A stretch of 64,000 nucleotides of DNA from Lytechinus pictus (taxonomy: Eukaryota): positions 29,080,001-29,144,000 of the forward strand of contig NC_087245.1 in the NCBI RefSeq assembly GCF_037042905.1, in the 5' to 3' direction. This document shows, piece by piece, positions 53,157-64,000 of this stretch. How positions within the stretch are numbered: the stretch's first letter is position 1; every line of letters begins with the position of its first letter. The notes beneath the pieces were generated by a model. The model did no database searches and was not told the DNA's origin. It saw only the letters and a list, made by a program, of their open reading frames with translations. The position numbers were made by a program, and so were the translations under genes.

Positions 53157-54693
53157 TTAAGGTCCCCTTGGATTGTTAGGGTTAAGGTTTGCTAGCTGAC
53201 TATCTTTAATATTCTCTTTAAATTATTTTTCTTCATCTTTATGAAGCGCAAAGTTTCACCTGCTTTCGTGTGTACCACAAGAGTACAATGTCAGTTTTAC
53301 AGTTGATTTTGTTTGTGTATGCTTGTGCAACACTTCCATTTCATTCAAGTACTACTATTACATGTAGTCTACATGTATTTGAGCTTATTTTAAATAGTGT
53401 TTCTTTCCCTGTCCATAAAGTGAGCACAACACTCAGATATAGACTCTATTTGTTAAAATGAGCATATTCTTCATATGGAATGATGTGCACAATTGAACAG
53501 GGAGGAAAAGAACATGACAAAGCAATGGGGAAAGGGAGAAGAAAGGGGGAAAGAGAAAGAGGAGAAAAGAGTGGTGTTGAGTAACAGTTTTAATTAGTTA
53601 GAAGAAAATAATACACCACTTCAAAAATAAAAGTATTAAAAAAATTAATCTAAAATCACATCCATGAATTTACAACACACAAGCCTATGCGGTGTTTTAA
53701 AACACGTTTTTTTTGTAAAAAAAACGGGTGTTTTAAAACGCGTTTTAAAACATGTTTTAAAACACACCGTTTAAAACGTGCCAACCCTGACCTTGACAGA
53801 TCGAGCTTTGACCTTTATGGTGTATAATAGACAGTGAATATTTGTATTACACCATGACTGAAAAAAAAAACTACAAAAAAAATATACAGAACTATAAAAA
53901 GATAAAGACAGTCAGTATGGACAATTGGAATATTACAAATCTTGTAAATTCTATGGTTTAGATACATGTATCTATATACGCTAGAAATTAATTCTTTAAC
54001 TAAGTTGGGCAAACTCCTGGCTCCACTAAAAAATTGTTCAAATATTGCATTAACATGAAGAGTTGTTTCAGGTGACATCACATGGAGGCCATAACAATGG
54101 GAATCCTGTGCATCAGACCATTAACAAGTTTTTGTTGTTTATCCTCCAACATGTCTGCTTCTGGAATGATCTATAATGGGAGGGGGATGTCTCCCTCTAT
54201 TGTCTAAACTCTTACAGGTATAAGGTTTTATTTCTTGTTTGGTCTAGACTTCAAGCTCTTTGCACTGTCTTGAAGTCAAATAATTCATGAAACTGACCAG
54301 CTTTCTAATAACCAATCAGATATCAGGATCTAACTATAGTACCTAATATTGGTTGTCATGGCAAATAATTAATGGAATGCTTGCTATTGATGACAATAGA
54401 AACATAAAATACATATATCATTGACCCGAATTCAAACAAAATTACCTTCTATTCTATCATATACATATATGCAGTGAGTTGCATATATTTCTATTTTTAT
54501 TATCATTATTTCTTTAAATTCAGGTGTTTTGATGCCAGATGTTTTGCACAAGCTTGATGGAAAGCATTTCTAACATAAATTACAAAATAAAAGTCAACCT
54601 TGAATGGATTCTTTTGTGACATATCTGTTAACAATATGATTGCATATAATCTAATTTTCTAGTTACTACTACAAATGCATATAGCCTAATTAC

Positions 54694-54790
54694 CTTTAGT
54701 CAAATCTTGCCAGAAATCAACTTTCAAAAGTTCTTTGAGTTCATCTTTCAATTTCCTGAGATAATTATTAAATGATTCTGGTTCACTCAG
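54694..54790 (-). CDS. XRCC5: XRCC5/Ku80 coding exon
   Basis: tttcag|CTG...AAA G|gtaatt; 97 nt. LSEPESFNNYLRKLKDELKELLKVDFWQDLTK matches FSEEQRFNNFL...HFWE. Confidence 0.9.
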
Positions 54791-55621
54791 CTGAAAAGAA
54801 CAAAATGTTAACATAGAATGAAGCAATGAAATGGTTATGAGCTCTATAAAAAGAAAATAGATCATTACAAATAAAATGAAATAACATTAAAATTAAATTC
54901 CTTAATTTCCTACAAAACATGCAAAATTTGTTACTGATCCTGTGCAATAACTGGATTAATGATTCTTTTATAAACTTGCACTATGGAATGTGCATGTACA
55001 TATTTAACAAATATGAATAAAATTATCTTTTAATAAAAGATTTTTCATCAAAATCATAATTCTCATCATCAAAATCATCTTTATCACCATCACCATCTTC
55101 AACCTCATTTATCATTGTGTATACAGAAAATAGGTCTTGAGTCAAAGAAAGAGAGTACTTCATTTTTGTCATCCTTATGGTCTCTTTAGAGTTTCAAAAA
55201 AAATCTGAATATCGTCAATAAAACTAAACAAACTTGTGATTCTAGATTTCTCATATGGCAATCATCATCATGATATTCATCATCATTCATTGTTATCACT
55301 GTAATCTTGATTGCCAGCTTCATCACCAGTGACCACCTGTAAATTATTTCCTCTAAACTTTCCTCTAAAATTCAATAAAATTTAGAAATATATCGTCATT
55401 AACTAGAGACTTTAAAATCTTATCTTCCATTATCAGTTCATTGCACTTAGTAAAACATTAATCCAAACTCTTATTCTTGCCATTTTCTTTTGCTTGTTGG
55501 AATATAATCTTCTATATAGATGGTGCTACATAAATGCCTGATATTATGTATGATGATCCTGTCACAAAGCTGGTATCAAACAAGATTAAGGTGGGAAAGT
55601 TTCCTTGTTACCACATCTTAC

Positions 55622-55734
55622 CTGAATTGCTTGTTCTCTGTAAACCCTAAGACAGTCCATGGCTTTGCCGTAGAGTTGTGAACCAAACGATTCTTTGACC
55701 AGCTGTAGGATTCTTCTTCCCATCTGTTCAGCAG
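55622..55734 (-). CDS. XRCC5: XRCC5/Ku80 coding exon
   Basis: ttctag|CT GCT...CAG|gtaaga; 113 nt. AAEQMGRRILQLVKESFGSQLYGKAMDCLRVYREQAIQ matches YFMKSIDCIRAFREEAI. Confidence 0.92.
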
Positions 55735-56686
55735 CTAGAAATTGAATAAATATATTGATCTCTTTTGAATTGCTGTATACACCACTCCTATACAGACACC
55801 TTCTTGATTTTAAGTGAGAGCGATATTTCATGACTCTAGGGACATTTTAATTTCTTTAACTGACCACAGGTATTGTGATTTGTTATTAACTGTGTGTTTT
55901 GACTAACTAGTCTTAAAATATATCTTTTGAGATAACTATTGAATACTCTGGGAGTGAATAAGCCTAAAATTGTATTTGAAAAGAGAAACAAAAGAAAATG
56001 TTTTGAGAGGAAAATTACTTCTTTTGATACTTGGTAACATAACAATTGCACTATGAATGTATGGAGTAGACGAGTAGTGAATTAATTTATGATCCAAGTT
56101 GGCCTTTATTGCAAGATTGCACTGCTTAGAATGTTGCATTATGGGTCAGGACCTGGTCATATTTGAGTAGTTGAGGTAGTGCTATAAAAGCCTGTTGGTT
56201 CATATTTGCTTTATTATTATTATTTATTTGGCCATAAAAAAACATACAAAAATGGAACAATGTAATTACAAAAATACAATTTGAAATTGGATAATTGAAT
56301 ATGGATAAAGTAGAAATGAAAGAAAAGAAGAAGAGTAACAAAATGGTTTTTCCATGTGCCAGGGCTCGCAAAAGTAAAATTCAGCACTATTGCCCAGAGG
56401 CATGCGAGCCCTCATTGAAAAACCATTGAGTATTGCACATTCCAGTATATAAAATTATACATTATTAAACTTCAAATAAAACACATTCAACAAACATTAT
56501 TTTTAAAGAGTACGTAACGCCAGGCAAGATAAAAGAAATAAAGAGGGGTATTGGGAAGAATTTGAAAACCCATGCCAGACTGACTAAAGACTGTGTGTAA
56601 TGCTTTAAAGCCTGTATAATGTTTGGGTAGGCCTAAATATTTTTTTTTTCCTTCAAATTTTGAGATAAAAGGAAATATATTCTTAC

Positions 56687-56759
56687 CTTCCTTGAATCTA
56701 TCCTCATCCTTCTGCGAGATGATCGTCTTGAAATCTCCAACTGGATCGACTGTACCAAC
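56687..56759 (-). CDS. XRCC5: XRCC5/Ku80 coding exon (start of C-terminal domain)
   Basis: ctttag|GTT...GAA G|gtaaga; 73 nt. VGTVDPVGDFKTIISQKDEDRFKE matches VGSVNPAENF. Confidence 0.9.
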
Positions 56760-56779
56760 CTAAAGAATTAAAAATAAAT

Positions 56780-57046
56780 GCTAATGCAGTAGACAAGTCT
56801 CTAGACTTTGAACCACAAGGTCCATGGTTCAAATCCCACAGCAGCACTTCCATCTTTTGGCAAGGCATTTATCTACATTGACACTGTACCACTCTCCATC
56901 CAAGGGCATTAAATGTGTACCTGGTAGGAAGGAATGAATTTCTTAAATGCTTGAGCGCCCAATCACGGTAGCAATGCTGAAGCCGGGGTATCAAGCGTTT
57001 AGAAACATTGCATTTAGGGCCTATAAATGTTGCATATTATTATTTT
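56780..57046 (+). mobile_element. tRNA-derived SINE
   Basis: B-box GGTTCAAATCCC, GGCAAGGCATTT...CCACTCTCCATCCAAGG...GTACCTGGTAGGA central segment, (TTA)n tail. Confidence 0.7.
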
Positions 57047-57199
57047 CTGATTTCAACGTCTGTGTGGTCATATCAATATTGCAACCCACGAAAAGAAAAT
57101 CGTCAAATCTTGTGTGATTTCAAGGTATCAGCTCTATAATTTACAAATTGTATGTTAAGTTATCTCTCTCCTTATTATACTACCATGATCATAATTCAT

Positions 57200-57677
57200 T
57201 TCATCATTATCATCATAATTATCATCATCACCAACATCATCAACATCATAATCAACATCATCATCATCATCATCACCATCACCATCATCATCACCACCAC
57301 CACCACCACCATCATCGTCATCACCACCATCATCATCATCATCATCATCATCACCACCATCATCATCATCATCATCATCACCACCATCATCATCATCATC
57401 ATCAACATCATCATCATCATCAACATCATCAACATCATCATCAACATCATAATCAACATCATCATCATCATCATCACCATCACCATCATCATCACCACCA
57501 CCACCATCATCATCATCACCACCATCATCATCATCACTACCATCCTCACCACCATCATCATCATCACCATCATCATCACCATCATCATCATCATCATCAC
57601 CACCATCATCATCATCATCATCATCAACATCATCATCATCATCATTACCACCATCATCAACATTATCATCATCATCA
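57200..57677 (+). repeat. (CAT/CAC/CAA)n microsatellite
   Basis: Direct observation; intronic, between two XRCC5 exons. Confidence 0.95.
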
Positions 57678-57689
57678 TAAAAAAATAGT

Positions 57690-57818
57690 AAAAGCTGGAT
57701 TTATATAGCACATTTTGCCTGAGGATACAAAGCGCTATTATTATTCCGGGTTTAGCTGTGCTGCCAATATAGGCGCTCCAACATTCAAGGAATTTCTTCC
57801 TACCATGTACCCATTCTC
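57690..57818 (-). mobile_element. SINE 3' fragment
   Basis: ATTTATATAGC...TTTAGCT..GCTGCC...GCGCTC...CATTCAAGGAAT...GTACCCATT; same family as 60372-60662. Confidence 0.6.
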
Positions 57819-57848
57819 CTCATCATTATCATTATCATTAAAGCATAC

Positions 57849-57957
57849 CTCTGTGATAACTCCTCTTGCCATTCCAGCCATACTGAGATCTCCATTGACT
57901 GCATCATCCAACCTTGCCTTCTTATTGGCCGGTTCCTCTGTTCCATCACCATCATTA
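57849..57957 (-). CDS. XRCC5: XRCC5/Ku80 coding exon with nuclear localisation signal
   Basis: ttttag|T AAT...GAG|gtatgc; 109 nt. NDGDGTEEPANKKARLDDAVNGDLSMAGMARGVITE; PANKKARL sits where the human NLS (PTAKKLK) is. Confidence 0.88.
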
Positions 57958-58842
57958 CTAAAACAATCACACAAAAAAACAAGATCTGACTTGGTAAACT
58001 TACAGGATAAAATAAAGAAGAACACTAGATGGATTCCTGACTGCATGCCATCGAATTTTATGCCTCTGCCATTGCCAGATAAGAAATACATCACACATCT
58101 AATTTCCTATTTTTTGAAAAAATTGACCACTGTGATATTTGACATTGTAACTCCCAAATCTAATCAGATAATTAATAAATGAACCAAGTTGGTTCCTCAA
58201 AGGTTAGAGGAGATACCCCATATATGAATAGATTTAATATTCAATTTAATTCACATCATTGGTGTTTTACAGAAAAAAATTGCATAAAGTGAAATATGCC
58301 AAATCTGACCTGCAAAAAGTTCATCTCACATGACCCCCCCCCCCCAAAAAAAAAAAATAGATTTATGAAAGTGAGAAATCGCAGCAATAACTATATTTTT
58401 GAAAATTTATTTAATGCGGGAATGAAAAACAAGGATAACAATCTTTCATGACAATTTTCATAAATTGTAATGCGTAATTTGACCCAGGCCAACTTGAAGG
58501 GTATGCAATGTATGTCCCAACAGTTGTTCAAGCAATTTTCTTTGGTAAGATTAACCCAAAATCCTAAACAAACAGGTGCATTTTTGAGATGAGAACCAAG
58601 TGACATCATAGGATCATTGGGCTCTTTGTGCATTCAAATGATTTCTAAAAACCTCGGTTCTCACCTCAAAAATGCACTTTACAGCGTTTGTTTAAGATTT
58701 TGGGTTAATTGGTAAATTTGTTTATATTTGTAGTTTGTCTACATACAATAGAACTGTTGCTGAGCTAGCACCATGAGCATCTTTGGATGGTGGACACGCT
58801 ATACAAATTTATTGACATATGCAATGAATCATTTCAACCTAC

Positions 58843-59036
58843 CTGGCTTTCCATATGCTGTCTCCTGTAACTGTTTCCTTGGCTTTAGCTTTCTCCAGCT
58901 TAAAGAGCTCCTTCATCCTTTCGACCTGAGGTTCACACTGAACGGCTACAGCCCTGCATGGTTGAAGGAAGGCATCCATCGCTCGTTCTATACCGGGTAA
59001 GGGTTCCTCTGGGTTCAATGCTCGATACATAAGGCA
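58843..59036 (-). CDS. XRCC5: XRCC5/Ku80 coding exon
   Basis: tcacag|TGC...GCC AG|gtaggt; 194 nt. CLMYRALNPEEPLPGIERAMDAFLQPCR...KELFKLEKAKAKETVTGDSIWKA matches CLLHRALHPREPLPPI. Confidence 0.92.
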
Positions 59037-59323
59037 CTGTGAGAGAGAGTAACGAGAATAGAAAAATGGATAATTAAAACTTGATACTGTTTGAGGTTTG
59101 ATTTTTAATTAAATTAGACACTAGGAGTAAAGGGATTATAATTTAAAGGAAAAAAAGCATAGAAATGTTAAAACTTTTCACCATCAAAAACTCTGAGATT
59201 GAACCAAAATGGTTTCAACGCGAAGTGGAGATATTAAACTAACAATATTTACCAATTTGGTTATCAAGTCGGTCTGTAGATGAACTTATTGAGTAGCTTG
59301 ATGTACAATGGGTCAAATCTCAC

Positions 59324-59396
59324 CTGACATAATCTTTGAGTGTAGGGATTCAAGGTGTTCTTCGGTTTCAGGGCTTCCGTCTTTTCATCTTCATCC
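59324..59396 (-). CDS. XRCC5: XRCC5/Ku80 coding exon
   Basis: ccgcag|G GAT...CAG|gtgaga; 73 nt. DEDEKTEALKPKNTLNPYTQRLCQ (Ku NP..QR motif). Confidence 0.9.
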
Positions 59397-60288
59397 CTGC
59401 GGATCAAAAAATATAAAGGAACAATATTGTTAAGCATAAAAACCAGAAAAGCAATGATCAATATCTTCAATTATTTGTGTATTTACAGACTTCTGCATAT
59501 TACAGGTACTGACCATCCCTACAGTGAAGTTCCATTAGTCCATTTCTGTCTCTGGTTCATAAGAAAAGGTTAAGTGTTCTGTAAGGTCCAGCCCACCACA
59601 ACAAAAAGTGGCTTTGGATAAATCAAACAAAAATAACGTATAAAATGTGGCATTGCGATTCAATGACAAGCTCCCTTATTGTCATATCTACAAAACTTGA
59701 ATTATTCTAAATTTCATGTAACAAAATACTTCAATAGTGTAGTGTGTGACTCTCAACTCTCATTTACATATTGCACGTGTTTTGTGAAAAAAAGAGCAAA
59801 ATTTCAAAATGTCGTAACTTTCTTATTCTACATCCAATTTTGATGACATTTTTGTTGTAGTTGTGCTCATTTGATCTATATCTATTTATTTGAATAAAGT
59901 TTGTTGGGTGGAATTGACCTAACAATAAAAATGGCTCAATAAATTCATGAGGCAAAGTAAAGATCTGGAGAAAAAAATTTGAGATGAATGAACATATTGT
60001 CTAATGGAACTGCTCAACAAAGTCTCTACACTTAGACTAAAAAATCAAAAATTTCAGCTGATTGTTGCCTTCAAGCCATCAAAAACAGCATTTAATAAAT
60101 AACTAGGAGTAAAAGCTTGGTCCAGATAATGCTTGATAAATGATGTTTTAGTCTTTCTAGCATAACAGATATTCTTGGTTAAAAGCTAAAATATACATGA
60201 TACTTTAAAATCGAGGTGTTCACATGTCCATTCTGAATAACTGTACAAACACTCCCAAACCCTGAATTATGATTATACAAATGCTCAC

Positions 60289-60349
60289 TCTTCTGCTGTC
60301 ATTAAATCCATGTTGTCTATGAGACCATCAACCGCTGCCAGTTGCTCTT
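60289..60349 (-). CDS. XRCC5: XRCC5/Ku80 coding exon
   Basis: ttgcag|AA...GA|gtgagc; 61 nt. (E)EQLAAVDGLIDNMDLMTAE(E) matches Ku80 AQLNAVDALIDSMSL. Confidence 0.9.
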
Positions 60350-60371
60350 CTGCAAGATTAAATAATAAAAA

Positions 60372-60662
60372 TAAATAATAATAATAATAGGCATTTATAT
60401 AGCGCCATCTATCTAGATATAATCTATTCCGTGGCGCACTGTTTATTATCATTATTACCCCGGCTTTAGCTCGAGCTGCCTTTCAGCGCTCAGTGCATTC
60501 AAGGAATAAATCCTGCCGGGTACCCATTTGCCTCACCTGGGTTGAGTGCAGCACAATGTGGATAAATTTCTTGCTGAAGAAAATTACGCCATGGCTGGGA
60601 TTCGAACCCCCGACCCTGTTTCAAAGTCAGAAGACTAATCCACTGGGCCACAATGCTCCACT
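60372..60662 (-). mobile_element. tRNA-derived SINE (near full length)
   Basis: Minus strand TGGAGCATTGTGGCCCAGTGG (A box)...GGTTCGAATCCC (B box)...CAACCCAGGTGAGGCAAATGGGTACCCGG...(TTA)n tail. Confidence 0.8.
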
Positions 60663-61158
60663 AAAACACTTTAGAATCATAAAAACACTTTAGAATCATA
60701 TTTCTATCAATGTCACAGATTAGCTTAGTTAGGAGGGATTGATGGGAAACACTCTTTAAGATGCAGACAGCTACTTGTCTGTACCTCGTGACCAATCATG
60801 CACCCCCCATCAAACATACTGTAACTGATTTTGTTATGTGGCAAAACTGTATGGAGTTTGTATGCATGAAGCAGAGAAGCCAACCTACTTCGACAAATAA
60901 AACTGTTCTGAGAAGGAAAAAAGATTGGAAGACATGATATTAAGCCAAAGCGATCAATGCCTCTAGTCACAGAATAGGATCATGCAGGCCCAGAACCAAG
61001 CATAAACCCTGCGGCTCTGTCAATGGATAGCAGATCACACGTAATACATTACTATGGCACATATTCAACAAAACACACAAAAAATCTATTGCCCCTTTCA
61101 AAGGGGAAAAAGGAACAAATCTCTGATGGAGCCATTTAAAAGTGAATGTGACACAAAC

Positions 61159-61249
61159 CTGACGGCTGGCATTTCTTGTTATTGTCCAAGGACATGAATG
61201 TATACATCCTGAGGTCTTCAGCAAATGGAAGTTCAATGTAGAACAGAGC
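61159..61249 (-). CDS. XRCC5: XRCC5/Ku80 coding exon
   Basis: cctcag|GCT...TCA G|gtttgt; 91 nt. ALFYIELPFAEDLRMYTFMSLDNNKKCQPS contains the Ku LPF(A/M)EDLR motif. Confidence 0.93.
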
Positions 61250-61956
61250 CTGAGGGATAAATATTCAATTGAAATAAATCCATATGTTCAAAGGGGAAGT
61301 TCACACTTACAATAAGTTAGTTAAAAAAAAAGGCAAAAAAAAATCAGCAAATGTTACTGGTCATGGTTGATGAATATCCATCAAATCACATGATAGTTAT
61401 GACTTAAAAAAAAAAAAATGTGTACATGATGTCATATGCAAGCAGCCCCTTCATATATCATGTAATAATTAATTCCACAAATTCCATGTTTTTTAATGGA
61501 ACACAGTGAACGAAAATATTTCTCTTTGAGAAGGGGATATGAAATGATGTGTCTGATGATATATACCCCCCCAAAAAAAAAATGAAAAATGACATATGGA
61601 GGAGCTGCTGATCTATGTCATAAAAGCTAAAGTTTAAAAATTCTTAACAAGACAGACTTTCATTGAACCTTTACTAATATTTTCCTCTTTAGTTTTTCTG
61701 CATTTATTATAACCAAGTTACCAACAGGGGGAACTTCCTGTATTGACATCTTAATTACTAGTAACACAGAATTCAGTGTTTTCATACTGCAATTTTTTTC
61801 CCCTAGCAAATTTTGAGTAATAATGATTCCAAACAGAGTTCACAATATAGGAAATTATCACACAATACATATTCTTTTTACATATATAGATACGATAAGC
61901 GCAGGTCTTGGAGGCACATTCCCCTGGGAGGAATGAAAGTATACCCTCTGACTAAC

Positions 61957-62157
61957 CTCATAATTAGCTTTGATGTGGGGTATCAAACATCCTAGCCTTG
62001 GATTGCTACTGGCCGAGTACGCTCTCCTTACGATGGCTACTGAATTAGTTTCATACAGAGCATTGACGAGAGCTGAGAAAGACATCGAAGCTGCCTGGTC
62101 ATCTGGTTGTGCATAGAAGATGTACACGCTGTTCCCCATTTGTTGATGCTTTTTTAT
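61957..62157 (-). CDS. XRCC5: XRCC5/Ku80 coding exon
   Basis: caccag|ATA...GAG|gttagt; 201 nt. IKKHQQMGNSVYIFYAQPDDQAASMSFSALVNALYETNSVAIVRRAYSASSNPRLGCLIPHIKANYE (Ku core). Confidence 0.93.
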
Positions 62158-62662
62158 CTGGTGAAATGAAAATGAATATTGAAAGCTTATCAAAAATGAT
62201 TTAATTGATTTCATAAAATACATTTATAGGTCTTCATTAATTCACTTTATTTTAGTTCTTGTTTTTCATGTCTTACTGTAATCTTATATCCATTTATTAG
62301 GCACAGCAGACAAGGACGAGGATATATATCCGGCTGTTGCATGTGCGGATGTGTTGTTTGTCCAGACAAGATGGCAATTTCAGTAACATTGCGATCAATA
62401 TTTAATTAATCGATCTTGAAAATAATATCATACAATACTACAAAGCACAAATATTCACAAGTATTTTTGCTATTTCATGCACAAATTTTGAGAAAATCCA
62501 GAGCAAACAGTGAAGTTTTTATTTGCGGAAGTGGCCGGACATTGAACCCCCCCTCCATCCTACTGTATAAAGATTGGACTCCACGAATTTCAGTTCATAC
62601 AGTTGATGTTGTATCAGCTATAAAAAAAAAGGTTATTGTACCTCTAATAACTAGTAGCTTAC

Positions 62663-62911
62663 CCTACTGTCTTTGGTGAACCCAAGAACTTGCATGACTT
62701 TCCCGGGTTTCTTGTAATCCATGTTTTTCTTATCCTCTTCGGAGATGGGGATGATGTCGTTGCCATAGCGATAACCTTCAACTTGGTCGTCCTTTTCTAC
62801 TTCTGTCTCTTCATCATCATTAAGATGCTGGGAGCGGATGGTCTGAGGGGTGAACTCCCTTGCCCCTTTGTGGAATGTGGACTTCCAGCTTTTGGGGGTC
62901 GCCTCCTTTAC
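62663..62911 (-). CDS. XRCC5: XRCC5/Ku80 coding exon
   Basis: ctctag|GTA...AGG|gtaagc; 249 nt. VKEATPKSWKS...HLNDDEETEVEKDDQVEGYRYGNDIIPISEEDKKNMDYKKPGKVMQVLGFTKDSR matches Ku80 LNDDDETEV...GFRYGSDIVP...VLGF. Confidence 0.93.
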
Positions 62912-63199
62912 CTAGAGTAGGAAGAATATGTTTGTCAGTTTGGACTCGATCAAGCATTAGATTATTGGACACAAAGGCACAGGGTATCATGCTTTACTGT
63001 ATTTCCATTAGTTTGAGGCTTGATATGAACTCATTTATTTCAAGTTGAATTTGAGCTGGCTTGATTTGAAGCACACTTTGATCCCACACCCCTTTCTCTT
63101 TATATCATTAACCTAGAAATAGTTAAGAAACCTAATACTATCATACATAACAACATCCTATCTCCAAATTATCATTCATTTGAGGGAAATAATATAGGG

Positions 63200-63425
63200 T
63201 ATTTGTAAAGTGCATATATCCACCTTAGTAAGTGCTACTAGGCTAAAACAGCACTCACAGCTCTTGAGTAATTACTTCCCGTCGGTACCTTTTTATCTCA
63301 ACTGGGTGGAGTGGAGCACATTACGGACCAATTTCTTGCTGAAACTACACCATAGCTGGAATTCAAACCAACAACCCTATGTTTCAATGTAGGGAGACGA
63401 GTTCACTGGGCCACAACGTTCCACC
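63200..63425 (-). mobile_element. tRNA-derived SINE, degenerate copy
   Basis: Aligns by eye with 60500-60662 (AATTTCTTGCTGAA, CACTGGGCCACAA). Confidence 0.6.
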
Positions 63426-63498
63426 TTCATATAGTACAACAAAGAGGAATATGCTATAGTTTACTCTCCTAAAACAATATCAAATATTGAACAGGTAC

Positions 63499-63613
63499 CT
63501 TGAGATAACCAGAGACTGGAATTTTGAGTTCTGGTCCGACTTCTAGATTGACCTTCCATGGGGTAGGTCTGACAGCTCTCTTCTCAAACATTGTCACAGC
63601 TGGTATCACCTCA
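63499..63613 (-). CDS. XRCC5: XRCC5/Ku80 coding exon (first in window; upstream exons lie beyond the window)
   Basis: ttttacag|T GAG GTG...TAT CTC AAG|gtac. Peptide EVIPAVTMFEKRAVRPTPWKVNLEVGPELKIPVSGYLK resembles the start of the Ku80 beta-barrel (WPCRLTIGSNLSIRIAAYK). Confidence 0.88.
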
Positions 63614-64000
63614 CTGTAAAAACAAAAGCAAACATTATACCAAGTGTCTTATCCTGGACTCTTTAACATTGACATATTTGCTTTTTTTAGGATCTACATT
63701 TTTTCCCCATGTTTTCTGTGATACAGAAAACAGGAAAAATCATGGAATTCTGGAAGAAATATGAATTTTTAAATAGACAAAACCAAACTGAGTTACAACT
63801 TACAAGAATTACAACAAATATCATGAAATCCAAGCAAATTCCAATAAAAGCAGAAATGTCCGTAAATGAAACATCTAACCTGTTAGCATTTTTCTTTAAT
63901 CATGTGTTTGCCAAGCTCTATCTGTTTTTCTAAGATTTTCCCTTTTGTAAATGTCACTGGTGAACACAGGATGTGATTTTCAGAACAACATAGAACATGG

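Larger units (their letters stand above)
50932..53789. mobile_element. 2.9-kb non-autonomous hAT-like element with nested insertions
   Basis: 8-bp TSD ACCTTGAC on both sides (50924-50931, 53790-53797); TIR CAGGGTTG / CAACCCTG; AAAACG/CGTTTT subterminal repeats at both ends. Confidence 0.85.

Noticed and set aside
57148..57711. Poly-His / poly-Ile / poly-Met ORFs
   Set aside because: Translations of an intronic (CAT)n microsatellite between two XRCC5 exons whose phases already join correctly.
1..64000. Prokaryote-style novel system (operon, defence island, RT-array)
   Set aside because: The window is spliced eukaryotic DNA. The only coding sequences I recognise are BMP5-8 exon 1, the XRCC5 exons and a decayed LINE fragment.

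Overview
This is AT-rich animal genomic DNA, almost certainly from a sea urchin (echinoid), and it contains parts of two minus-strand, intron-containing genes. (1) Coding exon 1 of a BMP5-8 (BMP5/6/7/8, 60A/Gbb class; 'DVR-1 homolog') precursor lies at 28062-28563. No further exon was recognised between it and the window start, so intron 1 appears to exceed 28 kb. (2) The 3' two-thirds of XRCC5/Ku80 appear as 14 coding exons between 63613 and 48930. I reconstructed them by hand; all have AG/GT boundaries and consistent phases, and they end in the DNA-PKcs-recruiting motif EEEDADDLLDML*. The rest is intronic or intergenic DNA packed with non-autonomous DNA transposons (CAC-terminal, PIF/Harbinger-like, TTAA Kolobok-like, piggyBac-like, hAT-like, Helentron-like), tRNA-headed SINEs, one LINE RT relic, minisatellites and long (CTA)n and (CAT)n microsatellites. 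I found no convincing novel multi-gene system. The best leads are an extra N-terminal furin site in the BMP prodomain, a 2.9-kb hAT element carrying two nested elements in an XRCC5 intron, the XRCC5-BMP5-8 linkage with a CpG-content boundary, and several candidate cis-regulatory or hairpin elements.
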